DNA from: Candidatus Latescibacterota bacterium
GTDB taxonomy: Bacteria; Latescibacterota; UBA2968
Direction of reading: 5' to 3'
Length of the DNA: 64,000 nt
Assembly: GCA_965205975.1 (NCBI GenBank)
Contig: OZ242195.1
Location: 1,056,001-1,120,000, forward strand
Numbering within the stretch: position 1 is the first letter of the stretch; every line of letters starts with the position of its first letter. A program made the translations under genes and the position numbers. This document shows, one piece after another, positions 29,818-39,693 of this stretch. Below the pieces are notes generated by a model. It ran no database searches, was not told the DNA's origin, and worked only from the letters and a program-made list of their open reading frames with translations.

Positions 29818-31755
29818 TCAATCGGCTGCATCGACGTCTGTGCCCAACTGCATCTGCTCATCCCATATTCTGCGGTAGAGACCGTTTGCTGATAGCAAGT
29901 CGTCGTGTGTGCCGTTTTCGACAATTCTGCCCTCATCTAAAACGTAGATTCGGTCTGCTTTTTGAACGGTCATGAGCCTGTGGGAAACCATCACAGTGGT
30001 TCGTCCCTCCGATACGTTCCAGATTGTGTCCATGACGTGTTCTTCCGATCGAGAATCCAGGTTTGAGGTCGCTTCATCCAGAATGAAAACCGCGGGGTCT
30101 CTGATCAGGGCGCGGGCAATGCCCATTCTTTGCTTTTGTCCGCCGGATAATCTCGTTCCCTCTCCAATATCTCTTTCAAATCCCTCCGGGTGGGCGATGA
30201 CGGCGTCGTAAAGCGCGGCCATACGCGCTGCTTCCTCCACGTCTGTGTCCGAAGCCTTTAGATTTCCATACCGGATATTGTCGCGAACAGTTCCGGAAAA
30301 TAAAAAGGTGTCTTGAAGTACAACGCCGAGTTGATTGCGGTAGCTCAAGAGCCGGACGTCTTTCAGATCGCGTCCATCTACGAGAATTGATCCGGTGGTG
30401 GGATCGTAAAGCCTCAAGATGAGGTATAGCATCGAGGTCTTGCCCGAGCCGCTCGGGCCCACGAATGCGACGCGCTCTCCGGGACGGATTGTGATGTTGA
30501 TATTTTCCAGCACGGGTTGTCCCGATACGTATTCGAATCCCACATTTCTGAATTCGATTGTGCCGTTGATGGACGGCATGGTGCTCGCATCGGGCGCATC
30601 GCTTATCTGGGGGCGAACGTCGAGGGTTTGCAGGACGCGTTCGGCCTGGACGAGTTGCAGGCGAATGCTCTGGATCAGCCTGATCATTCTCTCCATCGGG
30701 CCTTCAAATTGCCGGGCGAGGAAAAACACAACACTGAATTCTCCGATGCTCAACTCCCCGGTCATGGTGTGGTAACCCACGTAGAGCCACAGCACTTTTT
30801 CAACGCCCTCAGAAAGAAACCACAGAACGCCCTGGTGCGTAAAGATATGTAGAACGCGGTACTTGATCCAGTATCTGCGGTTCTCGATAAAAGTTGACGC
30901 ATATCGGCGGGCAGACCAGCGCATGCGGCCAAAACCTTTGACGGTCTTGGTCGCGGCTATACCGTCTCTCAAGATTGACCTCAGGTACTGTGCCTGCATT
31001 CTCATGTCCCATCGGACTCTCTGAAGGCGCGTGTAGAAGTAGTGGGATAGGGCTGTGTAGGGAAAGGAATAGAGAAAAATCAGCAATGTGAGATAGGGAT
31101 CGACCAGACTGAGGATGATGCCCGTCCAGATAATCCGGTAGGCTATGGTGATCGCATTGGGAACATCGTCGGTGATCATGGTGATCAGGCCACCTCCGAC
31201 GTCAGCGGTGCTGCGATACATGTGTTCGCCGATGGGCCGACTCTGAAGAAAGCCCAGGGAAAGTTTGTGGAGGTGGTCGTAGAAGATCGTTCGCAGGTGG
31301 ATAGTGACTTTCATGTCGATATACCACCCGAGGATACGCCGTATTATCTGAGAGACATTCGAGATGACATACATCAGGAACTTGATACCAAAGACAATAA
31401 ATAAAAGCTGCAAGCGGCGATCCACTGGCAGGTCGATATTCAAGATGACGTCATCGACCAGATATCGATTTACAAAGACGCTTATCTCACGGAGCGGAAC
31501 GCCTACCATGATAAATAGCATCCCGAGGATGACTTTTGTCTTGTGGGGATACAGGTACTTAAAAAAACGCCAGAAGGTTTCCCATTCGCGGTTTGCACGT
31601 TCCTGATCTGGAGACCAGGCGGGACCTCGCCACACTTCGGGCTTTCTCTGTCGAATGTCGAGAAGTCTCATTGTCATCCTCAGGTCTTGTGAGACCTTTG
31701 TAAACTCCTGGCTTTTAGTTGTTCGCTGCAGATCGGACGTCTTCACCAACTTCAA
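29818..31755 (-). CDS. ABC transporter, fused TMD-NBD (paralog of 25251-27047); start uncertain
   Basis: GPSGSGKT, LSGGQKQR and FILDEATS motifs. Shares IGEHMYR with its paralog. Confidence 0.9.
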   Translation of the reverse strand: MKLVKTSDLQRTTKSQEFTKVSQDLRMTMRLLDIRQRKPEVWRGPAWSPDQERANREWETFWRFFKYLYPHKTKVILGMLFIMVGVPLREISVFVNRYLVDDVILNIDLPVDRRLQLLFIVFGIKFLMYVISNVSQIIRRILGWYIDMKVTIHLRTIFYDHLHKLSLGFLQSRPIGEHMYRSTADVGGGLITMITDDVPNAITIAYRIIWTGIILSLVDPYLTLLIFLYSFPYTALSHYFYTRLQRVRWDMRMQAQYLRSILRDGIAATKTVKGFGRMRWSARRYASTFIENRRYWIKYRVLHIFTHQGVLWFLSEGVEKVLWLYVGYHTMTGELSIGEFSVVFFLARQFEGPMERMIRLIQSIRLQLVQAERVLQTLDVRPQISDAPDASTMPSINGTIEFRNVGFEYVSGQPVLENINITIRPGERVAFVGPSGSGKTSMLYLILRLYDPTTGSILVDGRDLKDVRLLSYRNQLGVVLQDTFLFSGTVRDNIRYGNLKASDTDVEEAARMAALYDAVIAHPEGFERDIGEGTRLSGGQKQRMGIARALIRDPAVFILDEATSNLDSRSEEHVMDTIWNVSEGRTTVMVSHRLMTVQKADRIYVLDEGRIVENGTHDDLLSANGLYRRIWDEQMQLGTDVDAAD

Positions 31756-31792
31756 TGTTCCCGCAAGGGATACACCTCTTTAACCTTCCTCT

Positions 31793-33184
31793 TTAATTTT
31801 TCTTCCTATTCTCGTGATCTGGATATACAGCATTGAACACACGCGTTACCACATCGGGCGATGTCCGATTCTCAAAAGCCTCCAAAACTGGATCATTGGT
31901 TTCCCGCATTTGAGCCTGTAGAATCGCCCGTATTTCATCCGCTTTTGCACTGTATTCTGGGTCGTCAATCAAGTTTTTCAAACAATTGGGGTCCTGCTCC
32001 AAATCGTATAACTCTTCCGGCACGCGATACCGAAACATCCGCACCCGTTCCGCAATATCTGGATTGCCCGGTGCAGCCTCCTCCATTGCGTTCATTGTCA
32101 AGCCTTCATTGTTATTGCGGTACCGATAATCATCTCGCACCCACATATTAAAGATGTATCCAAATTGATGATTCTGCACACACCGCATCGGCGTTGCTGC
32201 TCCACCAGCCTTAGAATCGATCTGCGTAAATACATGCTCTCGCCCCTCCTGCTTTTCGCCTCTCAGTAGCGGCACAAAAGATTGCCCATCCACACCATCC
32301 AAAGCAGGCAACCCAATCGCATCTAACGCGGTCGGCAAGAAGTCAATGCCCGACATCAGTTCACGACATGTTGCACCTTCTTTTGCAACACCGGGCCATC
32401 GCACCAGCCAGGGTGTGCGTGTACTCGCCAGATATGCATTACACTTGGCAAACGGCACAGCCATCCCGTTATCCGACAAAAAAGCGACCAGTGTATTGTC
32501 TTTCAATCCCGCCTCTTCCAAAGCATTCATCACCGCCCCAAATGTATCATCCAGGCGTCTCACAGAATTGTAATACCACGAAAGTTCTTTGCGAATCAAT
32601 GGAAGATCAGGTAAAAACCCGGGCACTTCAATTTCATCGGGACTATACAACCGCGATGGTACCTCAGCACCACCGCGTGGTCCTTCATCTGGATTGTAAA
32701 ACGGTCGATGCGGATCATGAGAGTTCACCATAAAATAAAAGGATTTGTCGGCGCTTTTACAGTTCTCGAAAAATTTCTTACAATACGCCCCATACTTCTG
32801 AGGGCTACGGCCAAAACCCAGGTCTTCTTGATCTCGACTAAAATCCCATGTAATCGACTCTTTTGGCGTAGAATGATTCACTTTTCCGAGAAGGCCAGTC
32901 ATATACCCCGCATCGCTCAATGTTTCGATGATCGTCGGTGTGTCCTCAAATGTATGAAAAAATCCCATTCCGCCATTGTTATAACTATAGCGCCCGGTGT
33001 TCAACACATTGCGACTTGGCATACAAATGGCAACATTCACATGCCCATGACTGAACCGCATGCCCTCTGCTGCAAACGCATCCAGGTTGGGGGAAATATC
33101 TGGCACGTTTGATCCAAAACAACCGAGTGAATCGCAACCCAAATCATCTGCTGTAAACAGCAGGATATTTAATTTGTCTGCCAT
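31793..33184 (-). CDS. Sulfatase (N-sulfoglucosamine sulfohydrolase-like)
   Basis: TADD, CMPSR, HDPHRP and SDNG motifs. Confidence 0.9.
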   Translation of the reverse strand: MADKLNILLFTADDLGCDSLGCFGSNVPDISPNLDAFAAEGMRFSHGHVNVAICMPSRNVLNTGRYSYNNGGMGFFHTFEDTPTIIETLSDAGYMTGLLGKVNHSTPKESITWDFSRDQEDLGFGRSPQKYGAYCKKFFENCKSADKSFYFMVNSHDPHRPFYNPDEGPRGGAEVPSRLYSPDEIEVPGFLPDLPLIRKELSWYYNSVRRLDDTFGAVMNALEEAGLKDNTLVAFLSDNGMAVPFAKCNAYLASTRTPWLVRWPGVAKEGATCRELMSGIDFLPTALDAIGLPALDGVDGQSFVPLLRGEKQEGREHVFTQIDSKAGGAATPMRCVQNHQFGYIFNMWVRDDYRYRNNNEGLTMNAMEEAAPGNPDIAERVRMFRYRVPEELYDLEQDPNCLKNLIDDPEYSAKADEIRAILQAQMRETNDPVLEAFENRTSPDVVTRVFNAVYPDHENRKKN

Positions 33185-33203
33185 ACGACCCTCACTTTGA
33201 TGC

Positions 33204-33947
33204 CTATATGCTCCGTCCGCCATCTACAATGAGGTTTTCCCCCGTGACAAAGGGGCTGAGGATGAGTCCGAGGATGGCGTCGGCACAGTCTTCACCGGTT
33301 GCGACGCGGCCCATTGGTGTGGCTTCCAGGTGGAGTTTGCGGAAGGCGTCCCAGCCGATTCCCCAGCGCGTATCGACAAAGCCCGGGGAGATGGCGTTGA
33401 CCTGGATATCGGGTGCTTGACTGGTAGCCAGGGAATTCGTCAGACAGATCAGCGCGGCTTTGGATGCGGAATAGGCAATTGAACTGCCCTTTCCAGAGAT
33501 ACCGGAGATGGAAGCGACGTTGACGATGCTTCCACCGCCATTTTCTTTCATTTTTGGGATTGCTGCCCTGGCTGCGAAGAAGGCGCCCTTTACATTGACG
33601 GCTATCGCGCGATCCCAATCGTCCTCTGTCAGGTTTTCCAGGTCGTCCAGCGGCACGAACCGCGTCATGCCCGCGCTGTTGACGAGAATGTCGAGGCGGC
33701 CGAGTTCATCGACTACGCGATCTACCATCTGCCGAACGGTTGAATCGTCCGATACGTCTGCTTTGACGGCGATGGCTTTGCGCCCCAGTGCTTCGATATC
33801 TGCACAGGTTTTGTTGGCGTCATCTTCAGATCGGCTGTAGTTGACGGCGACGTCTGCGCCTTCTGTGGCGAATAGCAGCGACGTCGCGCGACCGATGCCC
33901 GTTCCTCCTCCAGTGACAAGTGCTACTTTGCCATCGAGTTTTCCCAT
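33204..33947 (-). CDS. Short-chain dehydrogenase/reductase
   Basis: TGGGTGIG, NSAG and YSASK motifs. Confidence 0.93.
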   Translation of the reverse strand: MGKLDGKVALVTGGGTGIGRATSLLFATEGADVAVNYSRSEDDANKTCADIEALGRKAIAVKADVSDDSTVRQMVDRVVDELGRLDILVNSAGMTRFVPLDDLENLTEDDWDRAIAVNVKGAFFAARAAIPKMKENGGGSIVNVASISGISGKGSSIAYSASKAALICLTNSLATSQAPDIQVNAISPGFVDTRWGIGWDAFRKLHLEATPMGRVATGEDCADAILGLILSPFVTGENLIVDGGRSI

Positions 33948-33985
33948 GGTGACTCCCTTCAATATTGTGTGTACAAAACCGCTTA

Positions 33986-34018
33986 AATTAGGCGAAGATA
34001 TGCCCAAATGTCAATTGG
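33986..34018 (-). promoter_or_regulatory. Sigma70-like promoter, duplicated at 27103-27135
   Basis: Minus strand CCAATTGACATTTGGGCATATCTTCGCCTAATT. Confidence 0.6.
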
Positions 34019-34188
34019 GTTTTTACTGATACTTAGATTTGATAGTATATGCGAAAAGGTGAGTATATTAAAGTGGAAATTGACACCGCGTGACTCTGAT
34101 ACGGTGTCTTTTTTTATTTTCTTTTTTGAATTTAATACCATATTGAGCTTACAAGACGATTTCAGGACAGATCACAGAGGATTAGGCT

Positions 34189-34968
34189 ATGACCCCCGAA
34201 GAAAAATTCATGTTTGACCTCGAAGGTTATCTCGTCGTCAGAAACGCGCTCTCCAAAGAGGAAGTTGATCAATGCAATGAAGTTGCAGATCGCATCACGC
34301 GCGACCAGTTTGAAATCTATCGAGACGACGGGCTAAAACTCGCTCGAAATATCACGCTGTGGGATCCCTGCGTTCAGAGTCTCATAGACCATCCCAAAAT
34401 TGTCCCTTATTTGATCGAACTTTTGGGACCGAGTATCCACTTTGATCAGGATTATTGCATTTTTTTGGACAAAGGCGGTTCCAAAGGTCCGCTGCACGCC
34501 GGTACGATGAAATCGAAAACGGAATTACTCCCATTTTTTTATACGTATCGCGATGGCATCATGCGCAATGGTTTGACAACACTGGTCTATGCGCTTACGC
34601 CTGTGCGAAAGGGCGATGGCGGTTTTTGCTGTATTCCTGGCTCGCACAAGTCCAACTTCCAACTCGACATCCCCGAGGATGTTATGTATTTCAAACAGCC
34701 CGCCCATTACGTCGTACAACCCGAACTGGAGCCGGGTGACCTGATCATTTTTACGGAGGCGACAGTACACGGCACTATGCCCTGGACAGCAAATCACGAA
34801 CGCAGATCATTTCTCTTTAAATACAATCCCGGGAATACGATTTCATGGGCGAATTATTACAATATAGATGACTACGATCACTTGACTGAGAACCAAAAAC
34901 GCATGATGACGCCGCCGGGGGGCCATGGGCCAATGAAGCCTCCAAGGCTTGAAGTCATTGCGCCATGA
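34189..34968 (+). CDS. PhyH-like Fe(II)/2OG enzyme with HxG motif
   Basis: FMFDLEGYLV, LHAG, IPGSHK and VHGTMPW...RR motifs. Confidence 0.85.
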   Translation: MTPEEKFMFDLEGYLVVRNALSKEEVDQCNEVADRITRDQFEIYRDDGLKLARNITLWDPCVQSLIDHPKIVPYLIELLGPSIHFDQDYCIFLDKGGSKGPLHAGTMKSKTELLPFFYTYRDGIMRNGLTTLVYALTPVRKGDGGFCCIPGSHKSNFQLDIPEDVMYFKQPAHYVVQPELEPGDLIIFTEATVHGTMPWTANHERRSFLFKYNPGNTISWANYYNIDDYDHLTENQKRMMTPPGGHGPMKPPRLEVIAP

Positions 34969-34986
34969 TACACAAAGGAGGTGGCG

Positions 34987-35979
34987 ATGAAAGCAGCTAT
35001 TTATTGCGGTCCGCATGATATCCAGGTGGCAGATGTGCCAAAGCCGGAAATCAAGGCAAATGAGATTCTGGTGAGGGTGAAGGCGTGTGGGATCTGTGGG
35101 TCGGATTTGCACGCTTATCGCATCGGGCTGTTTGAAGATTCTTTGGGACGTCCGATAGAAAAGGGCCTCATCATGGGGCACGAGTTTAGCGGTGAAGTTG
35201 TAGAGACGGGGCGAGATGTGCAGCGGTTTCAAGTGGGCGACCACATTTCTGGTGGGGGATTGGGCGGGTTTGCCGAATATCTTCCCCTGGAAGTCAATCC
35301 CAATCGTCCCTACAGGTTGCCCAAAACCATCAGCTTTGAAGAAGGCGCGATGATGGAGCCTCTCGCTACGTCGATACACGCAGTAGGGCTGGCAAAACCC
35401 ATTGAGGGAGAAACAGTTGTTATTCTGGGCGTTGGGATTATTGGCCTGGGATGCATCCAGGTCATTCGGGCAACTGCGGGCGGGCGCATTATTGCGGTTG
35501 ATACGTCGCCAAAACGGTTGGATATGGCGCGCCAATTGGGTGCAGATGAGATCGTGAACTTGACGGAGGTAGATCCCGTTGAAGCTGTTATTGAACTCAC
35601 GGGTGGTGAGAGACCTGTGGAGAGATTCGGTGCGCGGGGAGGAAATGCCGATGTGGTGATCGATTCTGCTGGCGCGAAAGCCTCGCCGAATCAGGGGTTG
35701 ACGATGCTAAAACAACAAAATGGCCGCCTCGTTCCCGTCGCATTATTTGAAGATCAACCCGAACTCGATTTCAATCAGGTGGTGCGCAAGCAAGTGACGC
35801 TTCAGGGCTCATGGTCCTGGACCCCCGATGACTACAGGTGGGGAATTGAACTCGTCAGGACCGGGAAAATTGATCGGAAACCACTCGTTTCCCACGCCTT
35901 TCCTCTCGATCAAGCCCCCGAAGCGTTTGCGACACAGGCCAAGCCAGGTGCTGCGATTAAAACCTTGATAAAACCTTGA
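34987..35979 (+). CDS. Zinc-dependent medium-chain dehydrogenase lacking the structural-Zn loop
   Basis: CGSDLH, GHEFSG and GVGIIG motifs. No CxxCxxC loop. Confidence 0.88.
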   Translation: MKAAIYCGPHDIQVADVPKPEIKANEILVRVKACGICGSDLHAYRIGLFEDSLGRPIEKGLIMGHEFSGEVVETGRDVQRFQVGDHISGGGLGGFAEYLPLEVNPNRPYRLPKTISFEEGAMMEPLATSIHAVGLAKPIEGETVVILGVGIIGLGCIQVIRATAGGRIIAVDTSPKRLDMARQLGADEIVNLTEVDPVEAVIELTGGERPVERFGARGGNADVVIDSAGAKASPNQGLTMLKQQNGRLVPVALFEDQPELDFNQVVRKQVTLQGSWSWTPDDYRWGIELVRTGKIDRKPLVSHAFPLDQAPEAFATQAKPGAAIKTLIKP

Positions 35980-36001
35980 GTAATTATGAAGAGGAGATAG
36001 C

Positions 36002-37159
36002 ATGAAAATTACCGATGTTCAAGCCTGTGTGATTGGCAAACCCGAACCCCACAGTGGTGGGTGCGTGTGGACATTTGTCCGGATATATACCGACGAGGGC
36101 ATTGTGGGTACGGGCGAATGCAATTCAGCCTCGTATTACACGGGTTTTGGTTTGAAAGAATCGATTTTAAAAATGAAGGGGATGTTGATTGGTGAAGACC
36201 CGATGAATGTGGGGCCGTTATACGAGAAAATGCGTCGTCGTGGACGGTATGCGGGTACTACCCATGCACCGCTGATTTTTGCACTGACCGGTATCGAAAA
36301 TGCGTTGTACGATATTGTGGGTAAGGCGTTGGGGGTGCCAATTTATCAGTTGTTGGGGGGCAAGTTCCGCGATAAGATCCGGCTCTACGCCGATTGTCAC
36401 GCTGGGGATTCGGCCACGCCAGAGGCGTATGCAGAGAAGGCGCTGAGTGTTGTTGAGGAGGGCTACAGCGCGGTAAAATTTGATGTGGATCATTCTGGTG
36501 TAGGCAAGCTGGATCCGATGAATTGGACGGTGGGGGCACGGGAAATGACGCATGTGATTAATTTGATCTGTGCGATTCGCGAGGGCATTGGTTTCGGTAT
36601 CGATTTGGCGATTGATTGCCACGGCCAGTTTGATTTGCCTTCGGCGATTACGTTGGCAAAAGCTGTGGAAGATGTGCGGTTAATGTGGTTAGAAGAGCCA
36701 GTACCTGCTGAGAATATTGATGCGTTGGCTCAGGTGCGTGAATCTACGAGCACAGTCATTTGCACAGGTGAAAATCATTATACCCGTTTTGAGTTTTTGG
36801 AGATGTTCAGACAAAAAGCAGTGGATATCATTATGCCCGATTTGGCCAAATCGGGTGGCATTATGGAGGCCAAGCGCATTGCCGAAATTGCCGATGCGCA
36901 TTATATCCCCATTGCGCCACATAATGTGTCGTCACCCCTGGGCATGATGGCTGCGTGTCACGTAATGGCGACAGTTCCCAACTTTTTTGTGCTCGAATTT
37001 CACGGGCGCGACATTCCGTGGTGGGCCGATCTGTGTGGAGGCGAAAAATTTATCAAAGGGGGCTGGATGGCTGTCTCTGACAAACCCGGTATTGGTGTCG
37101 AGTTAGATCCTGCTGTTGCCAAAACACTGCTGGCTGACGGGGATACCTATTTTGATTGA
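36002..37159 (+). CDS. Mandelate racemase/enolase superfamily dehydratase
   Basis: KFD, IDCHG, WLEEP, TGEN, APHN and PGIGVEL motifs. Confidence 0.9.
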   Translation: MKITDVQACVIGKPEPHSGGCVWTFVRIYTDEGIVGTGECNSASYYTGFGLKESILKMKGMLIGEDPMNVGPLYEKMRRRGRYAGTTHAPLIFALTGIENALYDIVGKALGVPIYQLLGGKFRDKIRLYADCHAGDSATPEAYAEKALSVVEEGYSAVKFDVDHSGVGKLDPMNWTVGAREMTHVINLICAIREGIGFGIDLAIDCHGQFDLPSAITLAKAVEDVRLMWLEEPVPAENIDALAQVRESTSTVICTGENHYTRFEFLEMFRQKAVDIIMPDLAKSGGIMEAKRIAEIADAHYIPIAPHNVSSPLGMMAACHVMATVPNFFVLEFHGRDIPWWADLCGGEKFIKGGWMAVSDKPGIGVELDPAVAKTLLADGDTYFD

Positions 37160-37183
37160 GGTTACAGCATGCTTTAGCAGTTG

Positions 37184-37891
37184 TTAGATGGGTTCAATAT
37201 CGCGCAAGATCCAGGACAGTAGCGTAAATGTGACAAAGACGGGCCGCTGTTGTGAATCGAATACATAGTGGATGGGTAATGTGCCCTGTCCTGTGTGGCG
37301 AAAAGATAGGAAGGATTGGCCGTTGGCTTCGATTTGTTCAGGCCCGTGCAATAGCTGATCTGTTTTGCAGTATGTCAGTTCGTCGATGGTTGTAAACGCT
37401 TCGTTCAGAAGGGTAACGCGATTGGCGAGCGCAAAGGGGAGGAGCCATTGGCACGATATGGGTGCATCCGCCGAGCGGTGCTTTTTGCCGGCTGTGCCGT
37501 TTATTTCTATGGTCGCGTCCCGAATTGTGCCATTGATAAGCAGGCGCTTATCCGGTGTTTCTGCCTGATACCAGTCGAGTTTCCAGTTTTGGATTGATTC
37601 TCCAATGCGCTCATCCCGCGCTGTTGTGACTGTTGCTTCATAAATTTCTTGTCCACCGCCATTGCGTTTTTCAACGATCTGGTATTCTGCGCCGTTCTCT
37701 TTATTGTAACGCGAGATTTCCACTGTCCCTATTGGTCTGTCATCGGTCAAACCGTCAGAATGTGTGTTTGTCCACTGCAGGATTTCGTAGGTCAATTTGC
37801 AATCGGAATCCAAACGAACGGTTTGATTTGGGGCATCGTAATTTTGCAATTGCCCGGCGATTGCGTTGAGTTCGGCTGGTATGGTGTTCAT
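37184..37891 (-). CDS. Hypothetical beta-rich protein
   Basis: GGAGG RBS and ATGA overlap with the upstream sulfatase. Confidence 0.65.
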   Translation of the reverse strand: MNTIPAELNAIAGQLQNYDAPNQTVRLDSDCKLTYEILQWTNTHSDGLTDDRPIGTVEISRYNKENGAEYQIVEKRNGGGQEIYEATVTTARDERIGESIQNWKLDWYQAETPDKRLLINGTIRDATIEINGTAGKKHRSADAPISCQWLLPFALANRVTLLNEAFTTIDELTYCKTDQLLHGPEQIEANGQSFLSFRHTGQGTLPIHYVFDSQQRPVFVTFTLLSWILRDIEPI

Positions 37892-39198
37892 GATCCCACC
37901 TCCTCTGTCCATCCTTTTCCCTGTTTGAGATTTTCCATTCTCTCTTCTCTTATTCGATCTCTTTCGCCCGTTTTATCAGGTCCGCTGTATGGTGTAACTG
38001 TATTTGCGTATTCGGCGAGGTGTGCCGCGTGCTTGTGCTTGATGTCATCAAACCCGGGTTCTGTAGTGAGATTGTGTTTTTCCAGGGGATCGTTTGACAA
38101 ATCGTACAGGGTACATTGCCCTGAGTCGTAGAGGATGGATTTGTACTGGTTGTCGCGAATGGCGATTGCACTCGCGTTTTCTCCTATGACGCTTTCTCGC
38201 CAGGTAATATCGTCTTTTCCTTCGAGGAGTGGGCGCAGGCTATTTGCATACGTAGCGTCTGGTAGGGGAGGTGCGCTGGCGTAATCGCAGATTGTAGCGG
38301 GGATATCCACGCCTGATATGAAGTGCGAATCGCTTTGTCCGCTGGGGATACTGCCGCGTTGCGAAATGACGAGCGGGACTGCCCAGGCTTCTTCTTCAAA
38401 AAAGCCTTTCAATACTCTTCGATGATGCCCAGAGCCTTCGCCGTGGTCGGCTGTAAAGATGATGAGGGTGTTTTCAATGAGGCCATTGTTTTCCAATGTG
38501 TCGTAGATCAATCCGATCTGAGCATCAACGGTTTCTACCATTCGGTAACACTGGTAGATGTAATATCGCCAATCTGTTTCCGACCAGTGGCCGACCCGGT
38601 GTTTCTGGTTTGGCGGCATGAGACTGATTTCGAAGTTGCCGGGCAAGTCGGGCAGGTCGGGCAACTGAGGCTCCATGCCGTATTTTCCCACGGGTCCGTT
38701 GACGCCGCAGACATAACAGCAGTCGTGTGGGTTTAAGAGGCCAACAGATAGGAAGAAGGGGCGGTTATCATTTGCGTGTTCGGCGATATATTGCGCCGCT
38801 GCTCTGGCAGAGCCAGAGTCTTGCAGTTCTCCATAGGGATGTCTGCCGTAGATCACGTCAAAGCTGTTGGCAACATCTCGTCCCGTGACATGCCATTTGC
38901 CGGAATACACGGAGTTGTAATCGGTATGCTTCGTCAACCACTGGCCGAGGTCGGGCAGGTCGGGATCGATGGGGAACGGATTGCTGATAACGCCGTGTTC
39001 GACGGACATGCGCCCGGTGTACCAACTCGCGCGCGCAGGACAGCAGACGGGGTTGGCACTATAGGACCGCGTGAAGGATATGCCTTCTGCGATCAAGCGA
39101 TCCATGTTGGGTGTTGACACGTCTTGATTCCCATAAGCGGATATCGCGAGGTGATGCTGTTGATCCGTGTGGATGAATACAATATTGGGTTGGTTCAT
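37888..39198 (-). CDS. Sulfatase (Cys-type)
   Basis: TDQ, CCPAR, GKWH, NPHD and ADHG motifs. Confidence 0.92.
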   Translation of the reverse strand: MNQPNIVFIHTDQQHHLAISAYGNQDVSTPNMDRLIAEGISFTRSYSANPVCCPARASWYTGRMSVEHGVISNPFPIDPDLPDLGQWLTKHTDYNSVYSGKWHVTGRDVANSFDVIYGRHPYGELQDSGSARAAAQYIAEHANDNRPFFLSVGLLNPHDCCYVCGVNGPVGKYGMEPQLPDLPDLPGNFEISLMPPNQKHRVGHWSETDWRYYIYQCYRMVETVDAQIGLIYDTLENNGLIENTLIIFTADHGEGSGHHRRVLKGFFEEEAWAVPLVISQRGSIPSGQSDSHFISGVDIPATICDYASAPPLPDATYANSLRPLLEGKDDITWRESVIGENASAIAIRDNQYKSILYDSGQCTLYDLSNDPLEKHNLTTEPGFDDIKHKHAAHLAEYANTVTPYSGPDKTGERDRIREERMENLKQGKGWTEEVGS

Positions 39199-39410
39199 TT
39201 TTTTTCCTATCACTTTTTTGTAGAACTATATTTGTTACGACAGATGTTGAGAATCTGGAGACATGAACGTGATAAGTGGGCTGGTATTCTGGCAAGAATG
39301 GATATGATCCGACGCTGTTTGGTGTGAGTTGTCTTGACGTTCACGGGTGGATAATATGCATTTCAAATGCACATTATCGACTTACATAGTTTCGCTCTCT
39401 CTCTGGGAAC

Positions 39411-39677
39411 TCATCCCTCCATCGCCTGCTGAATTTCATCCAGAGTTGGCTCATTCCCAGGTTGTGTTTTTCCCAGGAAAGTTCCAAATTTAGCGATCAC
39501 AAGGTCGGGATTTTTGCCACTCAGACGGCTTTTCATCCACTCGAGTGTTTCATCTTGTTGGACAGCCGCTTGAAGCCAGTAGTTTACTAAACTATTAAAA
39601 GACATATTTTTCTTTTTTGCCAGCCGCATCGCTTTGTCCTTTAGTTCATCTGGCAATCGTACAGAAATCGCGCTCAT
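39411..39677 (-). CDS. Ribbon-helix-helix antitoxin-like protein
   Basis: ISVRLPDELKDKAMRLAKKKNMSFNSLV. Lies downstream of the PIN gene. Confidence 0.8.
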   Translation of the reverse strand: MSAISVRLPDELKDKAMRLAKKKNMSFNSLVNYWLQAAVQQDETLEWMKSRLSGKNPDLVIAKFGTFLGKTQPGNEPTLDEIQQAMEG

Positions 39678-39693
39678 GGTTTGTCTCCATCGG

